Source: Bdellovibrionota bacterium (GTDB lineage: Bacteria; Bdellovibrionota_C; UBA2361; CAKMMH01). From it: a stretch of DNA of 64,000 bases. This document shows, one piece after another, positions 63,999 through 64,000 of this stretch. The stretch spans positions 196,970 to 260,969 of the forward strand of contig JBMNLI010000017.1 of the NCBI GenBank assembly GCA_050952645.1, given 5' to 3'. A program made the position numbers and the translations under genes. The notes beneath the pieces are model-generated. The model was not told the DNA's origin, searched no databases, and saw only the letters and a program-made list of their open reading frames with translations. How positions within the stretch are numbered: the first letter of the stretch is position 1; each line of letters begins with the position of its first letter.

Positions 63999-64000
63999 TG

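Noticed and set aside
1-64000. tRNA, rRNA or tmRNA genes
   Set aside because: A manual scan of intergenic regions found no T-loop (GGTTCGAAT-like) cloverleaf candidates, no rRNA-like conserved blocks and no tmRNA tag-ORF or 3' tRNA-like end. The GTTCGAAGAG at about 193 lacks an acceptor/T-arm context. This should be confirmed with tRNAscan/Infernal.

Overview
This is an AT-rich (about 30% GC) bacterial chromosomal segment with short intergenic spacers. It mixes ordinary housekeeping genes with a flagellar-regulation set and with regions dense in mobile DNA and gene decay.

Housekeeping genes: flavodiiron protein, lipB, rsmD, FeoA-FeoB fusion, two glycosyltransferases, rpe, plsY, accA, miaA, pyrR, pyruvate kinase, lon, birA, an ECF sigma factor, dus, an ABC ATPase, cspA-like, rlmN, ndk, infA, a class B PBP, kdsA, bactofilin, rplS, fabF.

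Flagellar-regulation set: a FliA-like sigma factor with a possible FlgM, a STAS protein, an HDOD protein, FliW, CsrA, an SLT lytic transglycosylase and flagellin.

Mobile and repetitive elements: (1) a previously unannotated MITE-like family of 225-285 bp elements bounded by ~24-bp terminal inverted repeats (GGTTCTTCACGTTTTAAGTGGGTT), in two subfamilies, with at least 6 full copies plus solo ends in 3' intergenic spacers; (2) a group II intron (37201..39097, minus strand) inserted precisely into one MITE copy; (3) an IS1634-family element (51908..53768) with 26-bp inverted repeats and a 6-bp target duplication, which splits a large secreted RCC1-repeat/Ca-binding/TP-rich protein gene; (4) a fragmented Ski2-like helicase pseudogene.

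Compositional islands: a about 47% GC gene at 12873..13427, and a about 42% GC island at 18832..20865 carrying the FliA-like sigma factor.

Frameshifts: several genes, including the essential rplS and kdsA, carry single-base frameshifts, each mapped to a short A or T run. This points to homopolymer-length sequencing error or slippage rather than true pseudogenes. The first 2.4 kb has no ORFs but contains several long perfect hairpins and terminator-like structures (candidate structured RNAs). I found no rRNA, tRNA or CRISPR arrays.
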